From: Octopus vulgaris
Taxonomy: Eukaryota
DNA length: 64,000 nt
Direction of reading: 5' to 3'
NCBI GenBank assembly: GCA_951406725.2
Contig: OX597825.1
Span: 61,256,001 to 61,320,000 of the forward strand
Shown here: positions 14,094 through 27,669 of the stretch, one piece after another
How positions within the stretch are numbered: position 1 is the first letter of the stretch
Layout of the letters: each line of letters begins with the position of its first letter
Position numbers and translations under genes: made by a program
Notes under the pieces: model-generated
What the model was told of the DNA's origin: nothing
Database searches by the model: none
What the model saw: only the letters and a program-made list of their open reading frames with translations

Positions 14094-14096
<3 letters not shown>
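13812..14096 (-). mobile_element. SINE family C, 5'-truncated
   Basis: Reverse-complement match to ~10880-11158. Confidence 0.88.
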
Positions 14097-14140
<44 letters not shown>

Positions 14141-14185
14141 GTAGGCATAAGGAGATAGAAATGTGTGTGCGTATGTGCGTATATA

Positions 14186-14394
14186 CAGGGTGTGGCAGAA
14201 AGGTTACCCCCATTTCAAAGGTTAATAAAAGACAAACACATAAAGATACAAGTAAAAAAGATGCTCTCCACTCTAGGCCACGGTGGGTACCACCTGAAAC
14301 AGAAAAAAAATGGCATTTAATGAACTTCATGCATCCTTATGTGTTTGTTTTTTATTAACCTTTGAAATCAGGACAGCCTTTCTCATGCACCTTG
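14186..14394. mobile_element. Tc1/mariner-type MITE
   Basis: TA|CAGGGTGTGGCAGAAAGG...TTTCAAAGGTTAATAAAAGACAAACACATAA pairs with TTATGTGTTTGTTTTTTATTAACCTTTGAAA...CACCTTG|TA. Confidence 0.75.
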
Positions 14395-15179
14395 TACACA
14401 CACACTCATTAGCATATAGTGATTCTCTAATCACAGCTACAGCTAGTGTTGTGATGTCAATGCTATGCTGATGACAGCTGATATGAACAGAACATGCCCA
14501 GAATTCTCTCCCATACTTGTTAGAATGGTTAGAATAATATTCATCATTGAGGCAGTAGAGTATTTTGCTTCTCTTGATACATAACATTGCTAGTATTTCT
14601 TAGCAGCATTTCTCCAAAACGAAGACAATTCTTGATTAGTTTCAGGCACCATATCATTAGTATATATAAAAGCAATTTAATAGAGAGTTTTCTGTTTTCA
14701 AGATATAAACAACAATATTCAAAGCAGTATCTACAACAATTTAACTGAAAGGAGAATTTCTTATTATGTGTGATGTGTTCGTACCAGTACACTTGGTTTA
14801 TTTCACAGGTTTGTTCTCTAAGTATTATAAGCAGTAACAGCTATATTCTAACACAGCTAAAATTTGTTCTCTCTAATGATTGACTTAACAACTTCAGAAA
14901 GAAAAGAGCAAGATTATAGTAAGCTGGTCTAATATAAATTTAAATTAACTCTAGAAAACCTAACATTTTTTTAACACTTAAATCTATAGAATTTTGATGT
15001 GTATTTTTGAAAGCAATATGGTTGTCAATATTTGTTTTGACTAAAGGTGGCAAGCAGACAGGATTGTTGGCATGCCAAATCAATTGCTTAGTGGCATTTC
15101 GAGTGTCATTATGTTCTGAGTTCAAATTCTACTGACGTTGAGCTTACCTTTCATCCTTTTAGGGTCGGTAATATAGCTA

Positions 15180-15408
15180 CCTATTTCTTTACTGCCCACA
15201 AGGGGCTACACACAGAGGGAACAAACAAGGACAGACAAATGGATTAAGTCGATTATATCGACCCCAGTGCGTAACTGGTATTTAATCGACCCTGAAAGGA
15301 TGAAAGGCAAAGTCGACCTTGGCAGAATTTGAACTCAGAAAGTAGCGGCAGATGAAATATCACTAAGCATTTCGCCCGGTGTGCTTACGTTTCTGCCAGC
15401 TCACCGCC
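15180..15408 (-). mobile_element. SINE family B (Deu/Nin-like centre), full length, nested in an older B copy
   Basis: Centre GCCTTTCATCCTTTCAGGGTCGATTAAA; TSD ATATAGCTACC on both sides. Confidence 0.85.
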
Positions 15409-16009
15409 TATATATATATAGCTACCAATTGAGGATTGATGTTGAGGTGATCGAATTATCCCCGGCCCTTAAACTGCAGGCCTTATGCCAAAATTTGAAA
15501 AGTTGACTAGCTGGCAGAATCATTAGCATGCCAGGCAAATTGCTTAGCAGCATTTCATCATCTTTATGTTCTGAGTTCAAATTCCATCAAGGTTGGCATT
15601 ACCTTTTATCCTTTCAGGGCCGATAAAATCAGTACTAGTCAAAGACTGGGGTTGATTTAATCAACCGAATCCCTTTCCTGAAATTCTTGACCTTGTGCCA
15701 ATATTTGAAAACAATATTTGTTTTGTCTCTTATCCACTCATTTTATCATCAGCTAAACATTTCCATGCATCATAATCTGGAATTATCTTATCTTTGATCC
15801 CTAATTTTCTCATCCATAATCTAAGTACTATTGAAATATCTGTATATTGTCCACTTATCCTACCCAACAATAAATCACTCTTCTAGATTAGTGAGCCATG
15901 TCAAGGTAATTATCTCTTACATTAAATATCCATTACTGAGACAGTTCTTCAATATTTTAGCCTATTTTCTTAACTTCAGTTTGTTAAACCAATATATCAT
16001 GCTTAACTA

Positions 16010-16226
16010 CAAGGGTTTGCTGAAAAGTTCCTGGCTATGGGCAGAAGAAAATACTGCAGGATCAGTTAATTGTGATTTTATTCAACATATTCCCCTCTCA
16101 GATTCACACAATTATTGCAACAGTCCTTCAGTTTTTCTAAGCCCTGTGAAAGAACTCAGATCATTGGGTCTCCAACCAAGCCCTTCGTGATACCCTCTAA
16201 GCCAGGAACTTTTCACCACCTCCTCA
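16010..16226. mobile_element. mariner-type MITE
   Basis: TA|CAAGGGTTTGCTGAAAAGTTCCTGGCT ... AGCCAGGAACTTTTCACCACCTCCTCA|TA imperfect TIRs. Confidence 0.75.
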
Positions 16227-16424
16227 TAATATCATCTCAGTTATAACAGTTACTCTGATTGTAATACTGATGAAACACATTGAAAACCAACACAACATTT
16301 CAGTAATCCTTTTGAACCTATGTGCTGGATTTATATATCTATTATTTACTTATAGCTTTATTAACAGTGTTGCATTTGATAATTTATTATAAAACACATC
16401 GTTTCCTGTCTGTACCATATATTC

Positions 16425-17111
16425 TCTTTACTCTTTTACTTGTTTCAGTCATTTGATTGCAGCTATGCTGGAGTACCGCCTTTAGTCGAACAAATTGACC
16501 CCAGGACTTATTCTTTGTAAGCCTAGTACTTATTCTATCGAACTCCTTTGCCGAACCGCTAAGTTATGAAGATGTAAACACACCAGCATTGGTTGTCAAG
16601 CGATGCTGAGGGGGCCAAACACAGACACACAAACATATATATATGACGGGCTTCTTTCAGTTTCTGTCTATCAAATCCACTCACATGGTTTTGGTCAGCC
16701 TGAAGCAATACTCTTTACTTGTTTTAGTCATTTAACTGTGGCCATACTGGAGCAACACATTTAGTTGAGCAAATCGATCACAGAGTTTATTCTTTGTAAG
16801 CCTAGTACTTATTCTATCGGTCTCCTTTTCCGAACCGGTAAGTTATGGGGACGTAAACACACCAGCATCGGCTGTCAAGCAATGTTGGTGGGGACAAACA
16901 CAGACACACAAACATATACACACACATACATATATATGTACATATATACGATGGGCTTCTTTCAGTTTCCGTCTACCAAATCCACTCACAAGTCCTTGGT
17001 CGGCCCGAGGCTATATTAGATGGTACTTGCCCAAGGTGCAATGCAGTGGGACTGAACCTGGAACCATGTAGTTCATAAGCAAGCTACTTACCACACAGCT
17101 ACTCCTACGTC
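16425..17111 (-). mobile_element. Two tandem SINE family A copies
   Basis: Partial copy ~16425-16710 followed by a full copy ~16712-17111. Confidence 0.85.
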
Positions 17112-17404
17112 TATTATGTAAAACAATAGTGTAAACAATATTGTGTAAACAAATTGTTTATAATTGTTGTAACACACAGTGCTATAGATATGTTCTGTGG
17201 TACATGATAATAATAATATTGATGATGATGGTGGTGGTTGATGGTGGTAATGTCGGCAGTGGTGATTACTATGGCGATAACAATGATGACAATGATGATG
17301 ATGATAATGAGCTTATTGTATGCTGTGCTCTGGTGCACTTAATAACTCATTGGAAAATGGTAAAAGAGGATACAGAAAGTATTAATAGGCTAGGTACAGG
17401 AAAA

Positions 17405-17680
17405 CAGCTATGAAAGCTTAAAGTGCATGCACAGTACACAGAATAAATCACTAAAGGGCATAAAAGGGAACAGTAAAAGGACCATAAAGAGAGAATGATG
17501 CATAGGCATATCAGGGTAGTGTTAGTAGATTTCAGAAAGAATGGAATTTTTGAAAGCTACTGTGTCTTCACAGCTAACAACTAATGCAGGAGGTGTATTC
17601 TATGTTTGAACGTTTCTTAGCATAGAAAAAATATTTCTGCAAGTCAGGTGTGTGCTGCACTGTTTCTTTTTAATTTCATA
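17405..17680 (-). mobile_element. Degraded CR1/L2-like LINE 3' end
   Basis: Minus translation IFSMLRNVQT*NTPPALVVSCEDTVAFK resembles the FF..RV...WN.LP..VV......FK C-terminal motif of CR1-group ORF2. Confidence 0.5.
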
Positions 17681-17853
17681 ATCATATAGGCATAGGGGTG
17701 GCTGTGTGGTAAGTAGCTTGCTAACAAACCACATGGTTCCAGGTTAAATCTCATTGTGTGGCACCTTAGGTAAGTGTCTTCTACTATAGCCTCAGGCCGA
17801 CCAAAGCCTTGTGAATGGATTTGGTAATATATATATATATTATATATATATAT

Positions 17854-17978
<125 letters not shown>

Positions 17979-18054
17979 AAAGGGCACATTTATTTTATTT
18001 TTACACATGCCGTAACCATATTTACATCCACCCTACTACTGTCATTACCATCAT

Positions 18055-18515
18055 CCTCATCATCATTATTTAAAGTCCATTTTCCATGCTGGCATGAGTT
18101 GGATGGTTTGATTAGAGTTGTCAAGGCTAGGGGCCACTCCAAGCTTTATTGACTGTCCGCTTCATTTTTTTGTAAATCACTCATTCTCATTTAATTGCTT
18201 ATTTATATGTTTCATCTCATTCGATAACCTGACCCCAATGTTTGTTTTGTCTGACCTTGTATTGTCCCCTCTTTTCTCATATTGACTGTAAATCCCTCGT
18301 TTGTTTATTTATACTTGATACCCTGACCCCAATGTTTGTTTTGTCTGTCCTCATATCGGCCCCTCTTTTTCTCAACCTCATGGTTAATAAAGAAATTGAC
18401 TGTTCTGACATGGTTTCTATAGCCAGATTTCCTTCCTAATGCCAACCACTCCCCAGAGTGTACTGGGTGCCTTTCATGTGGCACCAGCACCAGTGCTTTT
18501 ACCATGGCACCAGTG
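18055..18515 (-). mobile_element. SINE family E (Meta-domain-like) interrupted by a LINE 3'-end insertion at 18157-18394
   Basis: (CAT)n tail and TTCCTTCCTAATGCCAACCACT core; the insert ends TTAATAAAGAA, is flanked by TSD ATTGACTGT and carries an internal duplication. Confidence 0.7.
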
Positions 18516-18610
18516 CTGTATATAACTTCATAGATCCTATACAATCTATCCCTTTTAACCTATTATTTTACTTGTTGCCAACCCAGTCACTATGCTTGAT
18601 GGTATAACTA

Positions 18611-18848
18611 GGCGACGAGCTGGCAAGAACGTTAGCATGCTGGGCGAAATGCTTAGCAGTATTTCGTCTGCTGTTACGTTTTGAGTTCAAATTCCCTCAA
18701 GGTCGACTTTGCCTTTCACCCTTTCGGGTTCGATTAAATAAGTACTAGTTACACACTGGGGTCAATATAATCGACTTAATCCGTTTGTCTGTCCTTGTTT
18801 GTCCCCCTCTGTGTGTAACCCCTTGTGAGCAGTAAAGAAATAGAAATA
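18611..18848 (+). mobile_element. SINE family B, full length
   Basis: GGCGACGAGCTGGC head to AAAGAAATAGAAATA tail; TSD GGTATAACT. Confidence 0.88.
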
Positions 18849-19544
18849 GGTATAACTGGACCACTTAGCTCAATCTACCAGCTCTATTAATATCTTTTTT
18901 TATAATACTCTATGTGAGTTTTCAATACATACAACAATGGAAGATAAAGTGTCTGAAAGAAGAAAACAAATAAACAGTCTTCTACAGTGGATCAATAATA
19001 CAGTGAAAGAAGATTAATTAAAGAAATTGAATCCCTAATAATTAACATCACATGAATTAGTTCTAAGATTATGTTAGCGTAGCTCTCAAGCAAATCCAGA
19101 GACTATATTTGCTTACATCAGTCTGAAAAGCAAATTAGTAATATCAGTGGAGAAGAATTCTATAGCTGGATTAATTAAAAAGTTTTAAGTAATTCACACT
19201 ACGTAAGAAGTTAATGAATAGATAGCTGAACGTCTTGTACTAATAACATTATTTCTTGTACAAATAACAATACTCAAACTATTTCAAAAAACAGTTGAAA
19301 ACGTGTATTAAATGCAAATGAGATAATATTAGTGAAGAATATGAATCCAGTACATAATGACCAAAAGCATAGAATATTGCTTTCAAGTTTTGGCACAATG
19401 CCAGCAATTTTGGGGGAAGGCTAAGTTGGTTACATTGATTCCTGTGCTCAACTGGTACTTATTTTATCAATTTTGAAAGGTTGGCACGTAAAAGACACCA
19501 TTCGAGCGTGATCGTTACCAGCATCACCTAACTGGCACCTGTAA

Positions 19545-19645
19545 GTTTGAGCCAGGGTCCATTTGAGCTGGTCTTTAAAGCGGAATTTCGGGCCTCCTCT
19601 GGGTCTTGTTCCAATTGCAAGTTCTCTGCAGAGCATGATCCTCTT
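19545..19645 (-). mobile_element. RTE-clade LINE ORF fragment
   Basis: Translation LCRELAIGTRPRGGPKFRFKDQLK matches the G.R.RG.PK.R.KD.LK C-terminal motif of RTE/BovB proteins. Confidence 0.7.
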
Positions 19646-19676
19646 TGAGTCTTGTTGTTTACCAAATATATATATA

Positions 19677-19754
<78 letters not shown>

Positions 19755-20401
19755 TAGATTCATTCATTTTCACATTATAAACACTTTTGTACATGATGAG
19801 ATACATACATATCAGTACAATTAAACACGTTTCACACGCACAGACTCACGCACACAAACACACAGACACACATACATGCACACACAAGGTTTCTACTTAT
19901 TTCTCATTTTTATGCTCTTTTCTATCGAAGCTGTTTCCAAGCTTCTTTGCAACAAGACAAATACTTTAGAACTAGGCAGAAATATTCAGACGTTTGCATA
20001 AAATAGATTTTCTTATCCATTAGTTTCTTTTTCCTTGATTTCTTCTTCTTTTCCTCTTTGTATTCCTTTTATCCGTTCCTGGTCTGATTTATATAGTTTT
20101 GTTTGTTGATATTTCTTTTATACTTCTAGAACCTTCCTTCAATCACAGCCAAGACAAAATAGCAATATTATTTTATATTATTTTTCTGATTTTTTTTTTA
20201 TTATACCTCTCCCCCTTATTTTTCATTATTACATCTGAACTAACTTAGATCTCAAAATCAATTTGTTTCATCTGTATGTGGTCTATTGCTGTACAAATTT
20301 CCGTCGATAATATAGTCCGTTTATTATGGGCATTCAACTAAATCTAAGTCAGAATTTTATGTTTTTATATACACATGCACCATACACACATTATATATAT
20401 G

Positions 20402-20462
<61 letters not shown>

Positions 20463-21099
20463 TATATATATATATATATATATTTATATGTATGTGTATA
20501 TATGTATGTATATATGTATATACATATGTTTATATATACATATGTACAAATACACACAAATATATATACATACATATATATATATACGTATGTATGTGTT
20601 TCTGTGTGTTAAGTCATTCTATGAAAGCTTGCTCAAACATTTTGTAATATCAGTTCTATTAGCTATTTTGGGAGAATTTAATAAAAAGTAAGACTGCAAA
20701 AATATCGCTAATATACAAGAAACGAAATAAATCATGAAATTCAATTAATACAGGAGAGATGAATAGTATTTAGTCTTTAGATGGTTAAGTTATTTGACAA
20801 CATTTTATTTTTATAAATTGTTAGTGAACAAAATAGAGGCAATAGGTAAATTATCTGTGAAAGAATGGATATATTTTCATAAAAGGGTTAATGCATTAAA
20901 TGAAATTAGGGGAGCCAAATAGTCCTTTTTTTAAGTTTTTTTTTTTTGCTGAGATAAATAGATCTTTAAAGTATTGAAAACATTAAAAATTTTTTTACGA
21001 AATATCAAGATGCTTTACATAGATTTAAGAGATCATAGACATATAAAAACATACGTGATGGATATGGTGAAGTTGTGATACTTTCTGAAAGTGAAACCC

Positions 21100-21500
21100 A
21101 TTCAGTCAGTCAACAAAGCAATCAATCAATCAGCTAACCAATCAATCGATCAATCAATCAATCAATTATTCTCCTCCTCCATCACCACCACCACCACCAC
21201 CACCGCTACCACATCGTCATCATCATCATCATTTATCATTTCTATCATAATCATTGCCAAAATCATCGTGTTTGTCATCCTCATCGTTGCCATTATCATC
21301 ATCATCATCACTGTTGTCATCATTGTTGTTGTTATCATCATCATGAGCATCATCATCATGAGCATCATCATCATCATCATCATTATTACTGTTGTTCCTG
21401 TCAGCATAATTGCCGTCATCATTATTGTTATCAATGTTGCCATTGCCAGTCTCATCATCATCATCATTCTCACCCTCATCATCAACATCGTCTTAAGCAT
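21100..21500. repeat. (ATCA)n followed by a degenerate (ATC)n tract
   Basis: Directly visible; explains the Ile/Met-rich pseudo-ORFs. Confidence 0.9.
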
Positions 21501-21695
21501 CAACACAGAATTCATTGAACCAGATATCTTATGGTCAGATGCCCTTCCTGTCACCAATCCAGATTTCCTTGGGGCTGGACATTTGCACATGTACATACAA
21601 TCATACATAAATACATACATACATATATATATATGTGTACATATGCATGTACACATATTTATGTACACACACACACACACACACACACATATATG

Positions 21696-21739
<44 letters not shown>

Positions 21740-22235
21740 AATTATTGTTCCATGAGAGATAGATATCAATTAATGTACACTGCATAAAGATAAGAGCTAC
21801 AAATAGTCTCTTGCTATGAAGACATGTCACTAAGCGAGTTTTTATAATCTTTGGGCTCTGGACATATGGTTTCTTCTAATTGAAAATCAGAATGTCGGTG
21901 AATGATAAATAATGTAAACAAAACAAAAAGATGAGAGAAAAATGAGAAAGTTGGTGCAGAAAGTCGAAGGGTGAATATAAATGGAAAAAAAGGAAGAGGA
22001 AACAAAGAAATTTGTGTTATGTCCCTTTGACGATAGACATTATTAAACTAGTTATAGAATTATTCAACAGAGTGGAGTCCAAAGTCTGAGACAGTTGCTC
22101 CACCTGGAGAGGGTGGTGTCCTACAGTTTACCAAAAGAAATGCAGTTTACCAAAAGAAATTTGGGGATGAATTTCTTTGGAGCAAGTGAAAATATAAAGC
22201 CTGTACATTTTTTTCTCTCTTCATTTTATTATTAA

Positions 22236-22287
<52 letters not shown>

Positions 22288-22362
22288 ATTATTATTATTA
22301 TTATTATTATTATTATGATTATTTTTTTTTTTTTGCTCACTCCAATTTTTTTTCTCTCAATC

Positions 22363-22480
22363 CTTTCTGCCAAAGAGAATTGGCTCGAAACATCAAAAGC
22401 TTCTCCATTCTCCCTGAGCATTACCTAATACACCTGCTTGTTGTCCCCACATCAGTCTGCATCTTCTGTTTTCTGTATAA
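22363..22480 (+). mobile_element. Penelope-like terminal repeat relic with a decayed hammerhead
   Basis: CTTT-CTGCCAA-A-GAG..CTC-GAAACATC-AAAAG; related to 26877-27060 (minus). Confidence 0.4.
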
Positions 22481-22619
22481 ATGTACATATGTCTACATAT
22501 GGGTAAATTTATATGTATAAATGAGGTTAGCTCATCACTGGTTTGTCATTTGTTTATATTTAAAAATTGTCATTGCAAATCAGAGAATAAATATTATTAT
22601 AATATATATTATATACAGT

Positions 22620-22673
<54 letters not shown>

Positions 22674-22989
22674 ATGTATCAACGTATGTGCATATAAATA
22701 TATATATATATATATATGTATGTGGAGGTGCGTGGCTTAGTGGTTAGGGTGTTGAACTCATGATTGTAAGGTTGTGGACCGGGCCATGCGTTGTGTTCTT
22801 GAGCAAAACACTTTATTTCACGTTGCTCCAGTCCAGGTGGGGAATTTCTACACCACTGAAACCTGGAAACTAGGCTTTATGGGCCTGGCATGGCTCCAGA
22901 AGGATCATTTATATATATATATATACATATGCATACACACATATATATATACACACATATATATACAGACAGACATATATATATCTATT

Positions 22990-23214
22990 TTCTTTTATTC
23001 TTTTACTGGTTTCAGTCATTTGACTGCAGCAATGCTGGAGCACCACCTTAAAGGTTTCATTAATTGAAGAAATTGACCCCAGGATATATTTTTTGTAAGC
23101 CCACTACTTATTCTATCGGTTCCTTTTGGCGAACCCCTTAGTCACAGGGACATAAACCCACCAACGTTGGTTGGTGGTAGGGACAATCACAGACACGAAG
23201 ACACAAACATAAAG

Positions 23215-23261
<47 letters not shown>

Positions 23262-23430
23262 AAAGGCTTCTTTCAGTGTCTCTTTACCAAATTCATTCAC
23301 AAGGCTTTGGTCAGTCCAAAGCTATAGTAGAAGACACTTGCCACTTGCAAAGTGGAACTGATCCTAGAACCATGTGATTGGTAATTGGTGATTGGGAAGC
23401 AAGATTTTTACTTTACAATCATTTCTACAC
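22990..23430 (-). mobile_element. Old SINE family A copy
   Basis: Divergent full-length match. Confidence 0.8.
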
Positions 23431-23542
23431 CTATACATGTGTGTGTGCGTGTGTGCATGCTCGCCTGTGTATTTTAGCTCAATATTTATGTGAAAATATT
23501 GATAGCTTTATCCGCTTCAAGATTCACCATTCCACTAAAGAT

Positions 23543-23590
<48 letters not shown>

Positions 23591-24851
23591 CATACATACA
23601 CACACACAAAAACTCTTAAATTTATACATATATTTATATATATATATATATATGAAAAACATGCTTCTTTTAATTTCTGTCAATCAATGACATCCACTCA
23701 AAAGTCTTTTATGATCTAAGACCTATAGAGGAAGACACTTGCCCAAAGTGACTTGTGGTGAGGTCTGAACCCAACACCATATGGTTGGGAAACAAACTTC
23801 TAAGCTACACATCCATACCTCCACCAATTCAATATTGCTCATAATTTCTTCAGATTTGTAACATAATTTCCCGGTTCAAAAATTTATGATTTCTAACAAT
23901 GAGATACAAGAACACTGAAACTGGAGTGAATTATGAAACAATTTGGATTGTTAGAATGATGCTATTGCGCAATTGAAGTAAGCAGGGGTCACTTTTGACC
24001 TCCCAAACTTCATAACAACTCTCTATACATGTACAGAATCGATGTAACAGGTATTTAACGATGGAAAAGGAATATTACATGAGACAGTGATTAATGGATT
24101 TGTCCAAATAAAGTAGACATTTGAGGAAGGCGTCGGAGAGAATTTGGGAAGAGAAACTGATAGGAAATACAATGAAATAAGAGTGTGACATGGAGAGAAT
24201 AATATATAATGTATGGTATGGATAGAGTGGTATTTACTGTAGGACTTGAATAGAATGGAATTATGGCACAACATGGTTTTCAATCAGAGTATTGTGAATG
24301 CTACTACTACACAAGAAGGCATGACTGAAGCATCCAATTTTGTGTGACTTGCCAACTTCATTATAAGATATATTCAAAACTTTGCATGAGTCTCAGACTG
24401 ACTATAAATGCTACGTAATTCTGCTTGAAAAAAGAAATAAGGACACCCCAGCCACAAATTCTTATACTTATGTAGATATATAGGTAGACAGGTTGGTAGG
24501 TATGTATGTAGGTATGTATGTATGTAGGTAGGTAGGTGCATAGGTAGATAGATAACTAGATAGGACAGAGATAGGTAACTAACCATGTATGTGTATATAT
24601 ATATATGTGTGTGCATACATGCATGCATATATGTATATATATGTATGTATATATTGTGTACATAAAATCATGCTCATCCCCATCATTGTATTAATATCTG
24701 CTTCTCCATCATTCTCAGCCACCTACAGTGCATAAACAAAACATACATCTTTTAGAGAACTTAGAAAAACTGAAGGACTGCTGCAAAAAGGGAGTGAATT
24801 TGAGAGGGGAATATATTGACTGATCCACCTCATCTCTCTCTCTCTCTCTCC

Positions 24852-24883
<32 letters not shown>

Positions 24884-25772
24884 GTATGTATATGTATGTA
24901 TATATATATGTATATATGTATGTATGCATGCATGTATATATGTACGTGTATGCATATATATATATATATATATATACATGATGGACACTTATGAGCATTC
25001 AACTTTTGCTGAATGACCTGCTCAAATGATTTATTGTGCTGTACATTAGCACAATCTCTCCATCAAATCAATGTTACCTGAACAGGTGAACAGTGTACCA
25101 TTCATCAGGTGTTGAAGTGATTGCAGGGCAACGTGTAATGTAGTGATTTGCTCAAGAACTCAATAACCGATGCATTTCTCATTCTAGGAATTGAAACCAC
25201 GATTGTGGAGCTATAGTAAAAGACACTTGCCCAAGGTGCCATACAGTGGGATTGAGTCCAAAATCAAGTGTTTACGAAATAAACTAGATCACACATCCAC
25301 ATCTGCATCTGAATAACTGGTATCCTGGAAGAGGTGTTATCTTAATAAAATGAATTATGAGCAAAAGATTGACTATTTTCAATTATAGCATATTGTTAAT
25401 ACTAAACATTTTAAGTTACAACATTCACAATTGATGCGTATGAATTAAGATGTATCTGTCAAGTAATATAATAATATATATATGTTAGTAGTAACAGGAA
25501 TAACTTTCCAGTGAAGAATTTGAGAGATGAAAATTGTGTAATCAAACATGAAATGGAAAATTCATAGTTTCCAGATGCAATTAGCAAATGTACCACACAG
25601 TGTTTAATACCAGATCATTTAGTGTGCTTTTCATGGAAAGATCTTGAGCATTCTGCTGAAACAATTAAACTTCATCCCAAGCTGACTTCAGAGATGCATG
25701 GCAAAATATTAGCATATAAAAATTTGAATTTTCCTTTGAACTGAAACTTTCATTCTCAAGCTGACATCAGAC

Positions 25773-26180
25773 AGGTGCAGAAGTGATTGTGTGGTAAGTA
25801 GCTTGCTTACCAACCACATGGTTCCAGGTTCAGTTCCACTGCGTGGCGCCTTGGGCAAGTGTCTTCTACTATAGCCTCAGGCCAACCAAAGCCTTGTGAT
25901 TGGATTTGGTAGACGGAAACTGAAAGAAGCCCGTCATATATATGTATAGATATATATATGTATATATGTGTGTGTGCTTGTGTGTCTGTGTTTGTCCCCC
26001 AACATCGCTTGACAACCGATGCTGGTGTATTTACATCCCTGTAACTTAGCGGTTTGGCAAAAGAGACCGATAGAATAAGTACTAGGCTTACAAAGAATAA
26101 GTCCTGGGGTCGATTTGGTGGACTAAAGGCGGTGCTCTAGCATGGCCACAGTCAAATGACTGAAACAAGTAAAAGAGTAT
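25773..26180 (+). mobile_element. SINE family A, full length
   Basis: Head GGTGCAGAAGTGATTGTGTGG to tail GAAACAAGTAAAAGAG. Confidence 0.9.
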
Positions 26181-26515
26181 AAGAGTATAGTATTGCCAAT
26201 TACAAACAACAACCATCAAATGTCCCAGAAAGTGCTCAATACCAAATCACTTTTTGAGCTTTCTCCAGAAACATATTGAGTGTTCTGGTGGAAATTTTGG
26301 GTATAAAAATTAAAATGTTCCTTTGAACTAAAACCTTCATCCTCAAGCTGACATCAGACATACTTGGTTAATTATTGGTTTCAAAATTTGGTACAAGGCC
26401 AGCAATTTTGGTAAGGATGTAATTTAATTACATCAACCACCAGTACTCAACTTATACTTATTTTATCGACTCTGAAAGAAGGAAAAGCATTTCTATATTT
26501 GGCAGTCAAGAACAC

Positions 26516-26732
26516 ATCAATCTAACATCCACCTTCCATGCTGGCATGGGTTGGATGATTTAACAGGAGCCGGCCAGGCAAGAGCCAGCCAGGCACGAGC
26601 CTGCACCAGACTTCTGTGTCTGTTTTGGCCCAGCTGTAAAAATCGTGCGAAAACAGAAACAAAAGTCTGGTGCAGGCTCCTGCCTGGCTGGCTCTTGCCT
26701 GGCCGGCTCCTGTTAAAACGTCCAACCCATGC
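26516..26732. repeat. Foldback of two head-to-head family E 3' tails
   Basis: GCATGGGTTGGA...TGCACCAGACTT pairs with AAGTCTGGTGCA...TCCAACCCATGC. Confidence 0.9.
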
Positions 26733-26876
26733 GAGCAGTGGGACTGAACCCAGAACCATGTGGTTGGTAAGCAAGCTACTTACCACACAATCACTTCTGC
26801 ACCTGTCTGATGTCAGCTTGAGAATGAAAGTTTCAGTTCAAAGGAATAATGCTTGGCTAAGTATTACCATATATTG

Positions 26877-27060
26877 GGAGAATTCAGTAAAAAATCAAAA
26901 GACAAAGACAGGTGGTGTAGACAACAAACAGATGTATTAGTATAATGCTTGGGAAGTTAAAATGTCATTAGTATTTCGAGCCTACGCTCTTCCACAGAAA
27001 GGAACACAGAAAGAAACAAGGGGAGAAAATAAAGAATGTGTAGTGGCTAGCAATCTATCA
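26877..27060 (-). mobile_element. Penelope-like terminal repeat relic with a hammerhead-like motif
   Basis: Minus TTT-CTGTGGA-A-GAGC-GTAG-GCTC-GAAATAC; the core deviates from CUGANGA. Confidence 0.45.
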
Positions 27061-27197
27061 ACAACCATTTTTGTTCTTGACTGCCAAATATAGAAATGCT
27101 ATTGACCATTTATTTTAGTTTTAGAACTTAACTCTCAGGATCAAAGCTCAAAGAAAGTTAACTACTATGCTACCATAGACTGAATTGTAAGCATTCA

Positions 27198-27669
27198 AAA
27201 CTGAAGGACTACAATGTAAAATATAATACCTATATGTTTCTCCTCAAAATCTGAAAACCAGTTTGCTTAAATTGTCAACATCATCATCAGCATCATCATC
27301 ATCATCTAACATCCACCTTCCATGCTGGCATGGGTTGGATGATTTAACAGGAGCCGGCCAGGCATGAGCCTGCACCAGACTTCTGTGTCTGTTTTGGCCC
27401 AGCTGTAAAAATCGTGCGGAAACAGAAACAAAAGTCTGGTGCAGGCTCTTGCCTGGCTGGCTCCTGTTAAAACGTCCAACCCATGCCAGCATGGAAGGTG
27501 GATGTTAAATGATGATGATGATGATGATGGGGATGATGATGAGGATGATGATGATGAGGAGGAGGAGGAGAAGGAGGAGGAAGAGGAGGTGGGGGTTTAA
27601 ACAAAGTGGCTTTCTGATTTTGAGGAAAAACATATAAGTATTATATTTTACATTGCAGTCCTTCAGTTT
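27198..27669. repeat. ~470-bp imperfect palindrome
   Basis: 27198-27272 pairs with 27596-27669; (CAT)n with (GAT)n; inner arms are family E tails centred near 27408. Confidence 0.88.

Noticed and set aside
18937-19330. Alternative genetic code or stop-codon recoding (frame broken only by TAA/TAG for ~130 codons; similar at 52760-53020 minus)
   Set aside because: TAA and TAG are expected to be frequent in AT-rich decayed DNA; there is no homology evidence, and the sequence is embedded among host SINEs
21091-21830. 223-aa and 222-aa ORFs resembling membrane proteins
   Set aside because: Degenerate (ATC)n tract giving poly-Ile and poly-Met; open on both strands
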